This document shows, piece by piece, positions 11,768 through 22,858 of a stretch of 64,000 nt of DNA; positions within the stretch are counted from its first letter, which is position 1, and each line of letters opens with the position of its first letter. Where the stretch lies: the NCBI GenBank assembly GCA_026023565.1, contig JAPETS010000026.1, positions 248,001-312,000 of the forward strand. The letters run 5' to 3'. Below the pieces are notes generated by a model. The model did not search any database. It saw nothing but the letters and a program-made list of their open reading frames with translations, and had not been told where the DNA came from. Source of the stretch: Cirrosporium novae-zelandiae. Lineage: Eukaryota. The translations under genes and the position numbers were made by a program.

Positions 11768-12367
11768 ATGACATCTAACGAGCCTAGAGACCATTGTATC
11801 CACTCGGGGGACCTATTCTTTGTTTTACTCCTCCTCGGTGGTGATATTGTCGGTCGTGCGCTTGCCCAAATCGCTGGCAGTTGGTTAACACCCGTCACTT
11901 TCTCTTTCGGTACAACCTGCTTTTTTCTAATTCTTATATTTACTATACATATTCCAAATAGAAGAATCAAAATAGAATGGGTTGCCTACTCCGTTTCTGC
12001 CCTCGTCTCCGTTATCGGCGAAAATAAACTTATGCCGCGAGATCTAGATTGTAAATCCAAAATCATAAACGGTAAGAATGGATACATTAGGGAGAATTTA
12101 AGCTGGATTCTCGGTAGGATTGTTAGGGACTTCAGTAGCTGGAATAAGCTCGCTACGAAGAATATGACCACTGATATCTTAAATAAGAAGTGGAAGGAGC
12201 TGAAAAAGGAAGATCCAGAGACAGTGAAGCCGACGATAGCCGGCCTCATTGTAACAGTTTATCAACCAAGAGAGACGCAGCTAGGTGCTTTTCCTAAGCT
12301 ATATTTTGTCTACGAGAGTGGCAAAAAGGCGATATCCACTCTAGCAAACCGCATTTCAAGGCATTAG
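11768..12367 (+). pseudogene. 5' fragment of a conserved fungal membrane-protein family of unknown function
   Basis: VLLLLGGDIVGRALAQ..TPVTFSF|EWVAYSVSALVSVIGENKLMP and SWILGRIVRDF match a family I recognise, whose members are longer. Predicted in-frame intron 11910-11975. Similarity ends at about 12320. Confidence 0.6.
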
Positions 12368-13022
12368 AGAGAAGATGTGTTGAATTTTCTTTCCCGGCCT
12401 AGAAAATTGTAGTCTTAACCTAGACAGAAACATATAGTCATCGAGCATCACCTTTCCTCCTATAGCTAAAATGTGATAGATGTTAGCTCTACAAAGAACC
12501 ACCATTCAAAACACACAACGACTATTACTAGCTCGTTCTGCACATATAATTATCAACCTATCAATAATCAATTCGCCTATTTCGCATACATAGCTTTAAG
12601 CAATGGACAGAAATGGATGCACGCTATTAACGTCTCGCTTGCTACTGATAGCAACTCGACTCTTGTTAGAAAATGCTCAATTGCGCTTAGGCCGTATGGC
12701 TGGGCGTCTGTGATGAAAGGTCATCAGAGTGCCATCGCGATCTTTCACACGATAGTGATGTTTAATAACTTGACGATTCGAGGACTGTTCATGCATGAGC
12801 GTAGAGATGTGACAGATATTACTAGAGAGATCGGAGTCCTAAGGCTTGGGAAGAGCATTAGACTGGAGATTGCGGGACAGTCTCTAGCTAATAATAATGG
12901 CACAAGGCATTTGAGGCTGCAGGAGAGACGTCGTGAACCTTGAAAGAAATGAGCTTGTCTCAAGTACGGATCCTAGCAGAAAGAATTTTCAACGGCTACT
13001 AATAAAGTTTTTTTTAATTTAG

Positions 13023-13483
13023 TATTCCTTCGTCTTCTCGAGTATTACCAGGGAAGCATGTTACTTACCACAAATCGTGCGAATTCTTTAGACGACGCAT
13101 TTGAATCCCGGATTGATATGTGCTTCCATTACCCTGACCTAGACCGCTCGTCTCGGCGTCAAATTTGGTATAATCTTATTTCACAAGTCCCTAGATCTAC
13201 CAGTGAATATTGGAAACAAGAGGCAGAGAGGCTATCCATAGTCGAGCTCAACGGGCGCCAGATAAAAAATTGCGTGAAGATTGGACAGTTTCTTGCAACC
13301 AAGAACCAACGACCTCTCAGTGTAGAGGATATTCAAGATATGATCAACATGAAATATCCCTTTAAGCGTCCCAAAGTGGCTAAGGATAGCAGGGGGGGTT
13401 ATATGGAATGGTTAATTGGCCCAATAATACGATATCTGATTCAACGGATTGAAAGAACAAAGACGATAATTCAACATGGGTAA
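13023..13483 (+). pseudogene. C-terminal fragment of a fungal AAA+ ATPase
   Basis: FLRLLEYYQGSMLLTTNRANSLDDAFESRI..YPDLD..RRQIW..LNGRQIKN (sensor-1, Arg finger and lid). No Walker A/B exon is visible upstream. Confidence 0.75.
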
Positions 13484-13725
13484 TAGTTCATTCAATCTAC
13501 GGTGAATATGAGCAACCAAATGCAAAGGCAGATTTGTGGACTTCTTAGGCCTAAGGGACCTTATAATTTACACTGTAGCTATTAATTGTTCCACCAAGGC
13601 GCGTTAAGGGACAGCATCTTGACAGATTTCTTGTTACAACAGCTAGAATAACATGCTTATCATGCTTAAATCTAGGTGTATAATTGGCGTGGTAATTAAT
13701 ATTGCCCTGTTACGATAACTATAGT

Positions 13726-13945
13726 CAGCGAAGGGAATGGACCAGACCAAATAGACGCTCTGGCCCCGACCGACTAGACCAACCAGGCCAACAAGATTGA
13801 TTGCCCAAGATTTATTTGATTTCACGTGTGTGTATGTATATAGTATATACTTAAGATGTTACTGATAGAATTATATATTTTTCATTTTATTTAGATTAGA
13901 TAAAAGTTTAGATAACATCACGTGGATATAAGATAAGGTGGTGCG
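13726..13945. mobile_element. Half copy (inverted right arm) of the hAT-type MITE
   Basis: CAGCGAAGGGAATGGACCAGACCAAATAGACG...ATTGCCCAAGAT...CACGTGGATATAAGATAAGGTG corresponds to the reverse complement of ~2812-3064. Confidence 0.8.
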
Positions 13946-14204
13946 AGTCGAGGTTTAAAAAAAATTGTCCGCTGACAAGGCAACCAAAGGTATACAATAC
14001 AATTCATGACTTTTTTCGATCAGTTGTTCAGCCCTAGTTTCTTACCCCAACTGCCTATATAAATATTCAAACCCACAACTCTTTCACAATAGAAAAGTCT
14101 TTTATGGTTTTCCTCGGGTTTCCGATGTGGGAATCCCTCCCTTAACACTAAGGTAGCAGCCTAGTTGAATAGGTAAGTAGGGTTTCCACTCTACTCTGCC
14201 ACAC

Positions 14205-14266
14205 TCCACACTAGTCATACCCCTAGATTTGAGCCTTATAAGAGCCATATCCTAAGCGTCGTGACA
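14205..14266 (+). mobile_element. 3' end of an LTR remnant
   Basis: TAGTCATACCCCTAGATTTGAGCCTTATAAGAGCCATATCCTAAGCGTCGTGACA matches the end of the solo LTR at 31361-31550. Confidence 0.75.
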
Positions 14267-14282
14267 CCCCAGCTATATAACC

Positions 14283-17200
14283 TTACCCAACATACCATTT
14301 CTGACTTGAGTATGTGGAAGCCCCATCTTCAAGACGATCGTTTTGGTCGAATATCGTTTCCTTCTTCCTTAATTCATCGCCCATCCACTCAGATACCGGT
14401 CTATGTTCTGGCTTGGTGCCGAGAAATTCTGGCTCACCCCCGGTCAATCTACCCGAGCACAAAATATGTGTGTGGAATATTTGATCGCCCTTAAGCCATC
14501 AAATCGATACTAAAGCAATTGCCGTTTCGTATATCTTTACACTGCTTGATGTTGGAAGAGGTTGTTTGAGAATAATGGCTAATGTTCCACGATCATATTT
14601 TCTCCAGTTATCATTAGGGTTATAGTTGCATATGTCCACGTAAAGTGTATAAGGCAGTTTTTGTTTATCAGAACTGCTGTTGCTGCCTATATGAGTTTTA
14701 AGGTAAACCATGTGATTTTCTTTGATCCTATCAGGGAATTTCCTCCCGGTGATGCTAGGAAAAATGATTCCAGGGTATTCAACTAGTAAGCCTTTTTCCG
14801 GTTCAAAGGTCGTATATTGACTAGATATCCAGTCTCTATTTCTATGCGGCCGTGAAAGAAAGCTTGTTGGCGCCCATCTATATCCTGGATCTTCAATGCG
14901 CTCCATTTCCCTGAAAATGATCCCTATTGGGAAGTCTCTTTGCAGTTCTAATAGCCTTTTCATTCGTTGCTTTATTTTGAACTCTTATTGGCGCTCAGGG
15001 GACTCGGAGGATTTCAGTACTATATGAGGTTCCTTTAGAAGTTCGTTTAAATCAAGATTCAACATAGCTCCAGCACAGGTTAATTCGTCTTCCGCCTTGC
15101 TTATAGTTCGCCAAGCTAGGCCAGACCACACCTTTTAGAATCTCTAATCGTCCATGGGAGCTAAGTCGTCTATTGCTCTTAAAAATTCGTTTCGCAATAG
15201 GATAGGAAGAGCACCTTCAGATGGTTCTGTCCATTCTTCAGGCCAGAAAAGGGAATTTGATAATTGTTCTAACCCGATATTGATTGGGGGGTCCCAAGTC
15301 GGAATTATATATGGAACCCAGGAATGAATTCTAGGGGATTTTAATGATGTGATTTTTCGCATACTTTCGGAGGCTCTATCAGCAAACTGAAAATAGAATC
15401 GTTGAGCGCTCGCAGCTTCGTGGAATGTCCACACTCTGCTAACCCAACCCGAATTAATGACGCGAACTAGTATTTCAAAGGGATCGGATGGCTTTTTATG
15501 CATCATAAGTTCACCATCCAGCACTAAAACAGCGTAGGCCTCCCTATACACTTGATTCATCTTTTTTATTGCCTCTTTGCGTATTCCTACGTCTTCAGGA
15601 TCACGTGGCACGCAAAGAGTATCAATCCAGAAATACAGGCGATTTTCAAAATTGTTTTCACCCAGAAGACAAGAAATATCCCATCGAATTTTTAGAAGTT
15701 GGCAGATAGGGAGACCATTCCTGTTTTGATTCCCTAAGCCATCGGCCCCAACATGGCTTAAAGCCACGAATTGCACACCCGATTGATATTTTACAATCTC
15801 GGGTTGTATATCGACAGGTTGCCTATGAATCTGGGCCATAGATACTAATGGTATATCCCCCTGAGTAATGATTGCAAGTAGTGTACTCCTATCTGGTTCG
15901 AAATAAGATGTCTCGAAATTGGTGAGCTTAGAAGAATGTTTTGGATCTAGATAATGGCTAATCTTTTAAAAATATTCGCATATTCCCTGTGACAAACATT
16001 GCTCAACGTGCTGAGTTTTATAATTTTTTTCGTCAATTTTATGGAACGTACAAGAGCTTTTGCTACATTCGGTGTGGTTTCGTTTTACTCGAGGGGGGCC
16101 GAGTAAATAAATGAAGTATTGTACCATAGTATGGTAATTTGATTGAATCCTATTAATGTGAAAAGGACAGTATCCAAGGTTTTCTTGCAGCAAATAAGTC
16201 ATATACTTGTTGTGGAAGCCGGTATGTGTAGAAATGGGTATTTCAAAAAAAGTATACGTCAAGCAACGACTCAAAGCGAACAGAAGAACTTCTGCTGACA
16301 GTAGTACTTGGTGAAATTGTATGGAAGGTTCCTCGACAGTTGGAGCTTGTAGACGAAGAATGCAATTTTTCGCCCTAGATATCAGCTTTTCAAGCTTTTT
16401 GTAATGCTTTCTACCCCTAGAAGTATTCGCACTTGCTTCGGCTTTCCATCTTTCTAAATCTTTTTCCAGTTTTTGCGTCGTTATCCACACTGTCAAATCA
16501 TCATCCTTTAAGATATAATCCAAAGGCTGGAATTTTTTATCATTATCAAAGAATTGAAGAAGTGGGCAGAAAAATAGCCATGTTTAAACGAGAGAGTGTG
16601 TGTCGAGGTGTGCAAACATGTCAATATCAGACGGGCATTGCTGATAAATTAAGAAGAGCTTAGGATTTTTAGATCCTAATGCAGCGATTGCATTATCTGT
16701 CATTTCAAGTATGAACTTTCCAACCTCTTCTAGATTTTCTCCCTCTAATTGGGACCAGTCAGGCTCAGAGGACTTTGCAACCTTGAGGACATTCATAATT
16801 TGTATCAATGGGTTATCATTATTATGCTCAGAACTGATAGGCAAGTCTGATTGGCCGGAATTCCTGACACAACTTTCGTTTTTGTCATGGTGCTTCGTGT
16901 TCTGACGTGAAAGGTATGATGGTTTTTGAAAGAGATGACTGCACTTTCTTAGATGTCTGGTGGAGGACTCCTTATAAAGATGCTGGAAAAATGTTTCTAT
17001 AGGTTTAAAAACTACCCAGTCCATTAATTTACCTAATTTTTGCCCACCCTCAATGTTTCTTATGAGATATCTCGTTATAAAAGGATAGTATCCATATTTA
17101 TGGGCAGAAGAATCATCCACCCTACGAGCAGCATCAAGGATGATATCAGGAACATCGAGTATGAGGTTTTCCAGGCAGGCTTCCAAAAAGATTTTTAAGT

Positions 17201-17444
17201 CAGAAATTGCTTTAAAGTAGGTCATATTCTGCTCTCGAGCAAGGACTAGCTCTAAGTACTTGATAGCTTCTTCAACCAAAGTGCCCTCACGAGTTAGAGC
17301 TTGTTCAATGGGAAGCTCTACAAGTGATCGCTCGACCTGATTAAGATATGTCCAAAAATTGAGTCCATCAAAATTCTTATCACCATAATACGGTATACGG
17401 ATTGGCTGATAAGGGGGGTCTTCAGGGACCGGAATATGATCCAT
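14283..17444 (-). pseudogene. HET-domain (heterokaryon incompatibility-like) gene, 1054 codons in one frame, with six internal stops
   Basis: MDHIP start, x-TWLFF, GYCP, ALSHVGADGLGN, FWIDTLCVP, MNQVYREAYAVLVLD, SGWVSRVWTFHE, WRTISKAEDE, YRWAPTSFL and a QKWYVG* end. Internal stops at 16584, 15966, 15144, 15135, 14985 and 14499. Confidence 0.9.
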
Positions 17445-18448
17445 GGCACGAAGCTGGGAGTAGGAAACAAGAAAACGAAAGTTTATCTAGAAAAGAGTTA
17501 GCATTCAATCCTAAAAAATCATAATACGTTAGTTTTCATACCTATATCTCTAGTATAATTGCTTTGTAGATATATCGGTTGGTAGATATTGGAATGTAGA
17601 CGCGGTCTACTCCTCAATGACCATCAAGTCTTGTGGGCCCAGCTTTCAAATGATCGGGGTGGAATATTATATAAGAAGCTAAAGGGGACAACCTCCTTGA
17701 TATGAGACTATCATGGGACCTTAGGCTGGCTTAGTCCGGATCTGTATCCTGTTGTTATTACAAGAGCTAGGCCGACCAAGCAAGAGAAGGTGCTTAAATA
17801 TACCCCAGTGTTATTAAAAAGAGAAGGTTATAAGTTCAATAGGAAGCCCCTCATTTACACTAACGTATGGTTCACTATCTCCATTGTCATGGGAGAACTA
17901 AGTTATCCACCTTGTACCTTCGACGTGCAAGCTGAAGATTCGTTCGCTTTTCTTGAAATCCATGATCAACTAAGAAATATATATTTTCATATAGCTTTAA
18001 TAGCCTCGTTTCGTTATCTATTACATATATAAGCTCACATGCAGAGTCCCACCCCACTTATATGTTCTACGTGGCATCTTGCTAATGATTGTAGAGAGAG
18101 CTAGATTCCAAATATCGAATTAAAATCAATCTCAACCTGACCAAATCGGCCATGTTAATCTTCGATCCTCGATCTTTGATGTCTGGGATGGTATACTAGC
18201 TATGCATGCTGAAGCAAAAGCGGCTGAGTTATTAAAGTTGACTAGGTTATTGGGTAACCCAATAATCTATTGCACATTCAATACCCTATCTTGTGGACCA
18301 ATTCTCTTCTCACGCGTAGCCTACAAACCCCAGACTACAAACGCAGTCTTACAAATATCATATTCTCAATTAAAAAGGTAGCCTCGACGCCTTTAACCGT
18401 GGAGATTTAGGCCTCATTGCATTTTTGGTGAACTATTAATGCACTGTT

Positions 18449-18472
18449 CAGCAAAAGGAATAGACCAGACCG
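18449..18472. mobile_element. Isolated, mutated MITE TIR
   Basis: CAGCAAAAGGAATAGACCAGACC differs from the 13726 copy only by G>A changes. Confidence 0.5.
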
Positions 18473-18754
18473 GTCTAGCAAATGACAAGGTGATGTTATA
18501 AAGGTGCCACGATAAAGGCGTATTGCACGTCGATTTTAGAAGTGATCCCATTGACTGACCACCAATGGCACATCCTAGTAGGGGGAATGAAACTAAAAGG
18601 TTAATTGACCCAATAATAAGATCTTGAGGCTTAGTATTATTTATCAGAAAAATTGACGCTTGATTCTGCTTGAAAATAATTATCTGATTTACATGACACC
18701 TCTATTAGCGGTAGCCATGCGGGGATAGTTCAAAAGATAAGTTAAATATTATTT

Positions 18755-18961
18755 ATATATGCCAAGCCTAGCTGTATAAATAGTATAACTTTCATAGAAT
18801 TAATTCTACATCCTTACACAAAATAACATGCCTTAAGCTTCTATGTCATGTGATCTAGGCTATATGACCCTTCGACTCTTAACCTCAGTCAATATATATA
18901 TCTACACCAGTCATACCCTAGGGTTCAGCCTTATAAGAGCCATATCCTAAGCGTCGTAACA
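18755..18961 (+). mobile_element. Degenerate solo LTR (5' boundary approximate)
   Basis: Ends in ACACCAGTCATACCCTAG...GAGCCATATCCTAAGCGTCGTAACA. The internal ATGTGATCTAGG and ACTCTTAACCT segments are similar to the 31361 LTR. Confidence 0.7.
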
Positions 18962-19445
18962 GCAAGTTTAGCTATCGATAAATAGGGTTACTTACTTTAA
19001 CTAAACGGGTAACAACGTCTTTGGCTTAAGGGTTAGTCTAAGCGAGAATAGTAACTTTAGCCAACAGTGGAAGGCACTAATGACAGTACTGTGTAACTAC
19101 AGATCTTAAAGATAGCAGCTCAGTAATTATCAATCTACTTTGAACTGGCTATCAAACGAATCAAATTCTAAGTCAAATGATTTTTTAAATGAAAAACAGT
19201 TTTTATTCTTAGGCTTTCTGGGATTCTTCTTCCCCGCTTCTATAATCATTTATAGACTACTCAAATTCAAAAACTAGATATGGATATGACTTTGATGACG
19301 CCAGTGATTATACGATGACAGTTGACCAATTGCTTTGGAACCCACAATAAACCATCTACAAAATCCTTCGCGCATCCAAGCTTCTCAAACTCGTACAAAT
19401 ATTACGCACCTACAACAGCGACATTGCTAGTATAACTCCACTGCA

Positions 19446-20878
19446 ATGGCGGATGCAGACGAAGATATTATCCACACCACCCCTTCCCACTCCAATGACC
19501 CTACTTATGATTCTGACGACGACGAAACCCTTCCGTCCAGCCTTCTCACTGCCCTCAAATCCAAACCTCACCCCACGCTCCCCCGTCGAGGCGAAAAGTC
19601 CTTTGAACCTATCCCCCACCTCTCATCGCAAGCAAATAAACTTCTCCGCGACCAGACAGATCTCCACGACACCCTATCAGTGCCACCGATCAGTGCGCCA
19701 CATGTGAGATGCTATGGAGTCTTTGATGAGAAGAGAGGGGAGGTGTGGGTGCAAAAGGCAAAGGGTGTACATTTTAAGAGTATGGGGAGAGGTGCAGCTA
19801 TGAAAGGAAAGAATGGGAAGATAATAGCCGGAGTGTGGCTATGGCCGGAAGAGGCCTTATATCTTGTTGAAAGAGGGAGTTTGGAGGTTTGGTATCCCGA
19901 TCCTATGATGACTGAGAACGAAGAAGAAGCCGACAACGAAGTCGATGATGATTATGGGAATGAAACATTGGATGGACTGCCCAAGGACGCGTTGCCGTTA
20001 AGTCTGCAGGCTTGCTATGCGCTTTTAATGAGTCGTTGTGATCTCACTCTCGAGAGATATCAAGTTTATACAGGCTTGAAAAGAAGTGGATATACTGTTC
20101 TTCGCGCTAAAGGAGGCTGGGGTGACGAACAAAATCTAGGGATAGAGGATACAGACGAGAGGAATGTTGCAAGGAAAGAAGCGAGTAGCGAAGGTGTCAC
20201 TGAAGGTTTCCTTCTGAGATTATTTCAGATGCTAGGTCTTGGAGGAGGGAGAACGAGGAAACAGAAATTGGCAAGTCCACATGGGATTGCAAGGGGACCC
20301 CTCGTCGGTGTTGGGTTGTATAGGAATTATGGTACACCTTTTCCAATCCACTTTACGCTTGACGTACCTCCTTTCTAACCTTCTAAGCAGGCGACATATA
20401 TAACCTCCTCACCATAATTCCCCATCATACCCCCTCTCCCACCTCTACCTCTCCTCCAACACTCCGCGCCTCATCTTCCACCACAACCCCCTTAACAATA
20501 ACCTATAACCTTTACACTCCTTCTCCTCACTTCAAGAAGACCTCTCCAGGCGCCCCCGCCTTCCGCCTCTGCGTCCTCCCTCCACCAACTTCCTTAACAA
20601 CCAGTCCCACCCTCCCGACACTCTCCTCCATCTCCAACCTCTTCGACCAAACGCCCTACGACCCACCACCAGGATACATGAACAATCCCGATGCTAAGCT
20701 GAAGTGGGGAAAGAGGAATGTGGTTGTTGCAGTGGTGGACCGTGGTATTATAAGTTATCTACGGTTAAGTGATGGCGACTTTAGTTCTCGAAAGGTGTGG
20801 GAGGGGGGTGTTGGAAGAGGCAAGGGGAAAGGAAGAGGGAAAGGCGGACATAAAGGAAGTCAGAAGGGGAAGAAATAA
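19446..20878 (+). CDS. SEN54: tRNA-splicing endonuclease subunit Sen54; intron 20332-20390
   Basis: LPRRGEKSFEP, KGVHFKSMG, WLWPEEALYLVERGSL, LSLQACY, YQVYTGLKRSGY, and KLKWGKRNVVVAVVDRGIISYLRL. The splice restores the frame. Confidence 0.92.
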
Positions 20879-21578
20879 TGGGAATATATCGAGGGAAAAC
20901 AGGATGACAAAAGTCTTTTTTATGCAGCCCGGTTCTAAAAGGATTGCCATCCGATAAATGTATACATACATTCCATAAACGATAGATAGATATGATGCCA
21001 CAACGCCAGTTATTTATACACGTACGCATTAGCTTTTCATCTTTTATTATTCATAGACGGCAAAGGGTAGAACCAATACGCGCCAGCGGATTTATTTATT
21101 CTTCTCCTCACCTCCCCGATTGGCCCCGCCAAGTTAATAAACCCCACAGCCCCTCTTCCGTAACTAGCTAGCCCTAAGTAAATATGCCCAACATCAAACC
21201 ACCCCGCCATAACTCATAACTCGTAACCCGTAACTCATAACTCACTACATAATTAATTACCAGGAACAAATTAATTACGTATAGCTAGTTAAACCATCAA
21301 ACCTCTCCTAGCAACGAAAAACAGAACCCAAGAACCACTTATTGACCTACGGCGAACCCATCACTTCATCTATCCATCTATCCATCCAACCACTCTATTT
21401 TAAGATCAAAGAAAAAGAAAAAGAAAGATAAATACTATTCTTTAGACAAATAATGTGTCCACCACCTTACTCCAACTACCAAACCCGCACACCTTACATC
21501 TCGTTCACCTCAATTCCTCCCCAGCAACCCATAACAACACCCTCAGAAACCTCACCCCCATCCTCCCAACCCGCCACC

Positions 21579-21971
21579 ATGTCCTCCTCCACCTTCCAGT
21601 CAAACACAACCACAACCGACGCATTCACATACATCCTCTCAAACCTCGCAAACGCCAAAGCAACTTTCGGAGAAAACTCCCCCCAGTATCGGGAAATGAG
21701 CGCTATTGCAAACGAATTGCTAGGAGGAAGTGTGAGCCGGGAGATCGGGCTTGCAGTTGCGACGAGGGCGTTCACGTTGAGAAATGGTGGAAATGGTGGG
21801 GAGACTGGGTTGGAGAAGGCGATAGAGCAATTTAGAGTGGGGGGGGGGAATAAGGATATGGAGATAGGTGCGAATACGAGTACGAACAAAGATGTGGTAA
21901 AGGAGAATGGGGGGGTTGGGAACACCGGAAATTCCTTTGGGGCGACGTTGGCTTTCAGACCTAAGAAGTGA
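21579..21971 (+). CDS. Hypothetical protein (~130 aa)
   Basis: GCCACCATG start context, TATA-like ATAAATA at ~21428, and a single open frame ending LAFRPKK*. Confidence 0.5.
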   Translation: MSSSTFQSNTTTTDAFTYILSNLANAKATFGENSPQYREMSAIANELLGGSVSREIGLAVATRAFTLRNGGNGGETGLEKAIEQFRVGGGNKDMEIGANTSTNKDVVKENGGVGNTGNSFGATLAFRPKK

Positions 21972-22449
21972 AGAAAAAAGAAAGGGGTGGTTGACATCCG
22001 GAAATACTATTTTCGATTTCAGGTTTTTGAGCGATGATATCAAAGGGGAAGGGGAGGGTCGAAGATGCTTCCTCTTCTTTATGTTTACTGATTTTCGATT
22101 TGGACTTAAGCTTTGTTGTTGAGAAGATAAAGAGGCTAAGTGCCCTCCTGGTGTATGCCCAACAGCGCAGTGGATGAGAGGGTGTTATAATAAAAGAGAT
22201 GGAGAGGGGAGAGGGGAGAGGGGGAAGTACGGATGTACATGAACCATGCACCCAATAGAGGAGGTGACAATGGCAATATGAATACGGACGGGGCTAGTTC
22301 ATATCCAATCCATATAATAAGAGGAAAATATGGGAAATCCGTTCAACAGGGAGGGATTCCAGTCTTAGCTAAATACCTTTTTGCGCATCCACATCCATAT
22401 AGCCAAGCAAGCAACTTTCATTATTAATCAAAGTACTGCGCAAACCATA

Positions 22450-22701
22450 CTTTCGACGGGTTAGAAATGAAAGCGACCAGACCCCCAAAAAATGAACCTA
22501 GAAAAGTGACCTTAAGGAGGCCTTCAAACAAAGTCAATTTTTTTATATTTATAATTAAACCTGCCTTTTAAGGCTTTGGGGGAAAGCCTTCAAAACGGAT
22601 TGTTGTTGAAAACTGATTTTTTTTTAAAAAGGCCTCCCCCAGGATCACATTCTGGTTCCATCTTTGGGGTCTGGTCGGTTTCATTTCTACTCGTTAAAAA
22701 G
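22450..22701. mobile_element. Foldback MITE flanked by TA (Tc1/mariner-type)
   Basis: Imperfect inverted arms of ~90 bp: CTTTCGACGGGTTAGAAATGAAAGCGACCAGACCCCCAAA... versus ...TTTGGGGTCTGGTCGGTTTCATTTCTACTCGTTAAAAAG. TA on both sides. Confidence 0.8.
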
Positions 22702-22858
22702 TATCTTAGTTGGCGTACAGTATATAGTAAATCGTTAGGTGATTGCTTAAATAATATATTTACAACTCCCAGCTAGCCTCAGAAGGGCAATAATCTTCCA
22801 GCTACAAACGTACTTCCATCTTCATATTAACCATTATTACCTTTTACCCATCCTACTT

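Noticed and set aside
12473..12943. 156-aa ORF as the missing N-terminal part of the AAA ATPase
   Set aside because: It contains no Walker A/B or other AAA motifs.
14283..17444. Stop-codon reassignment (TAA/TAG = Gln) or A-to-I stop correction explaining the HET stops
   Set aside because: Conserved genes here terminate normally at TAA/TAG, and at least one stop aligns to a Gln position rather than Trp. Mutational decay is simpler.
6663..20878. Functional link between the intron-containing tRNA and nearby SEN54
   Set aside because: They are 13 kb apart and intron-containing tRNAs are common, so this is likely coincidence.
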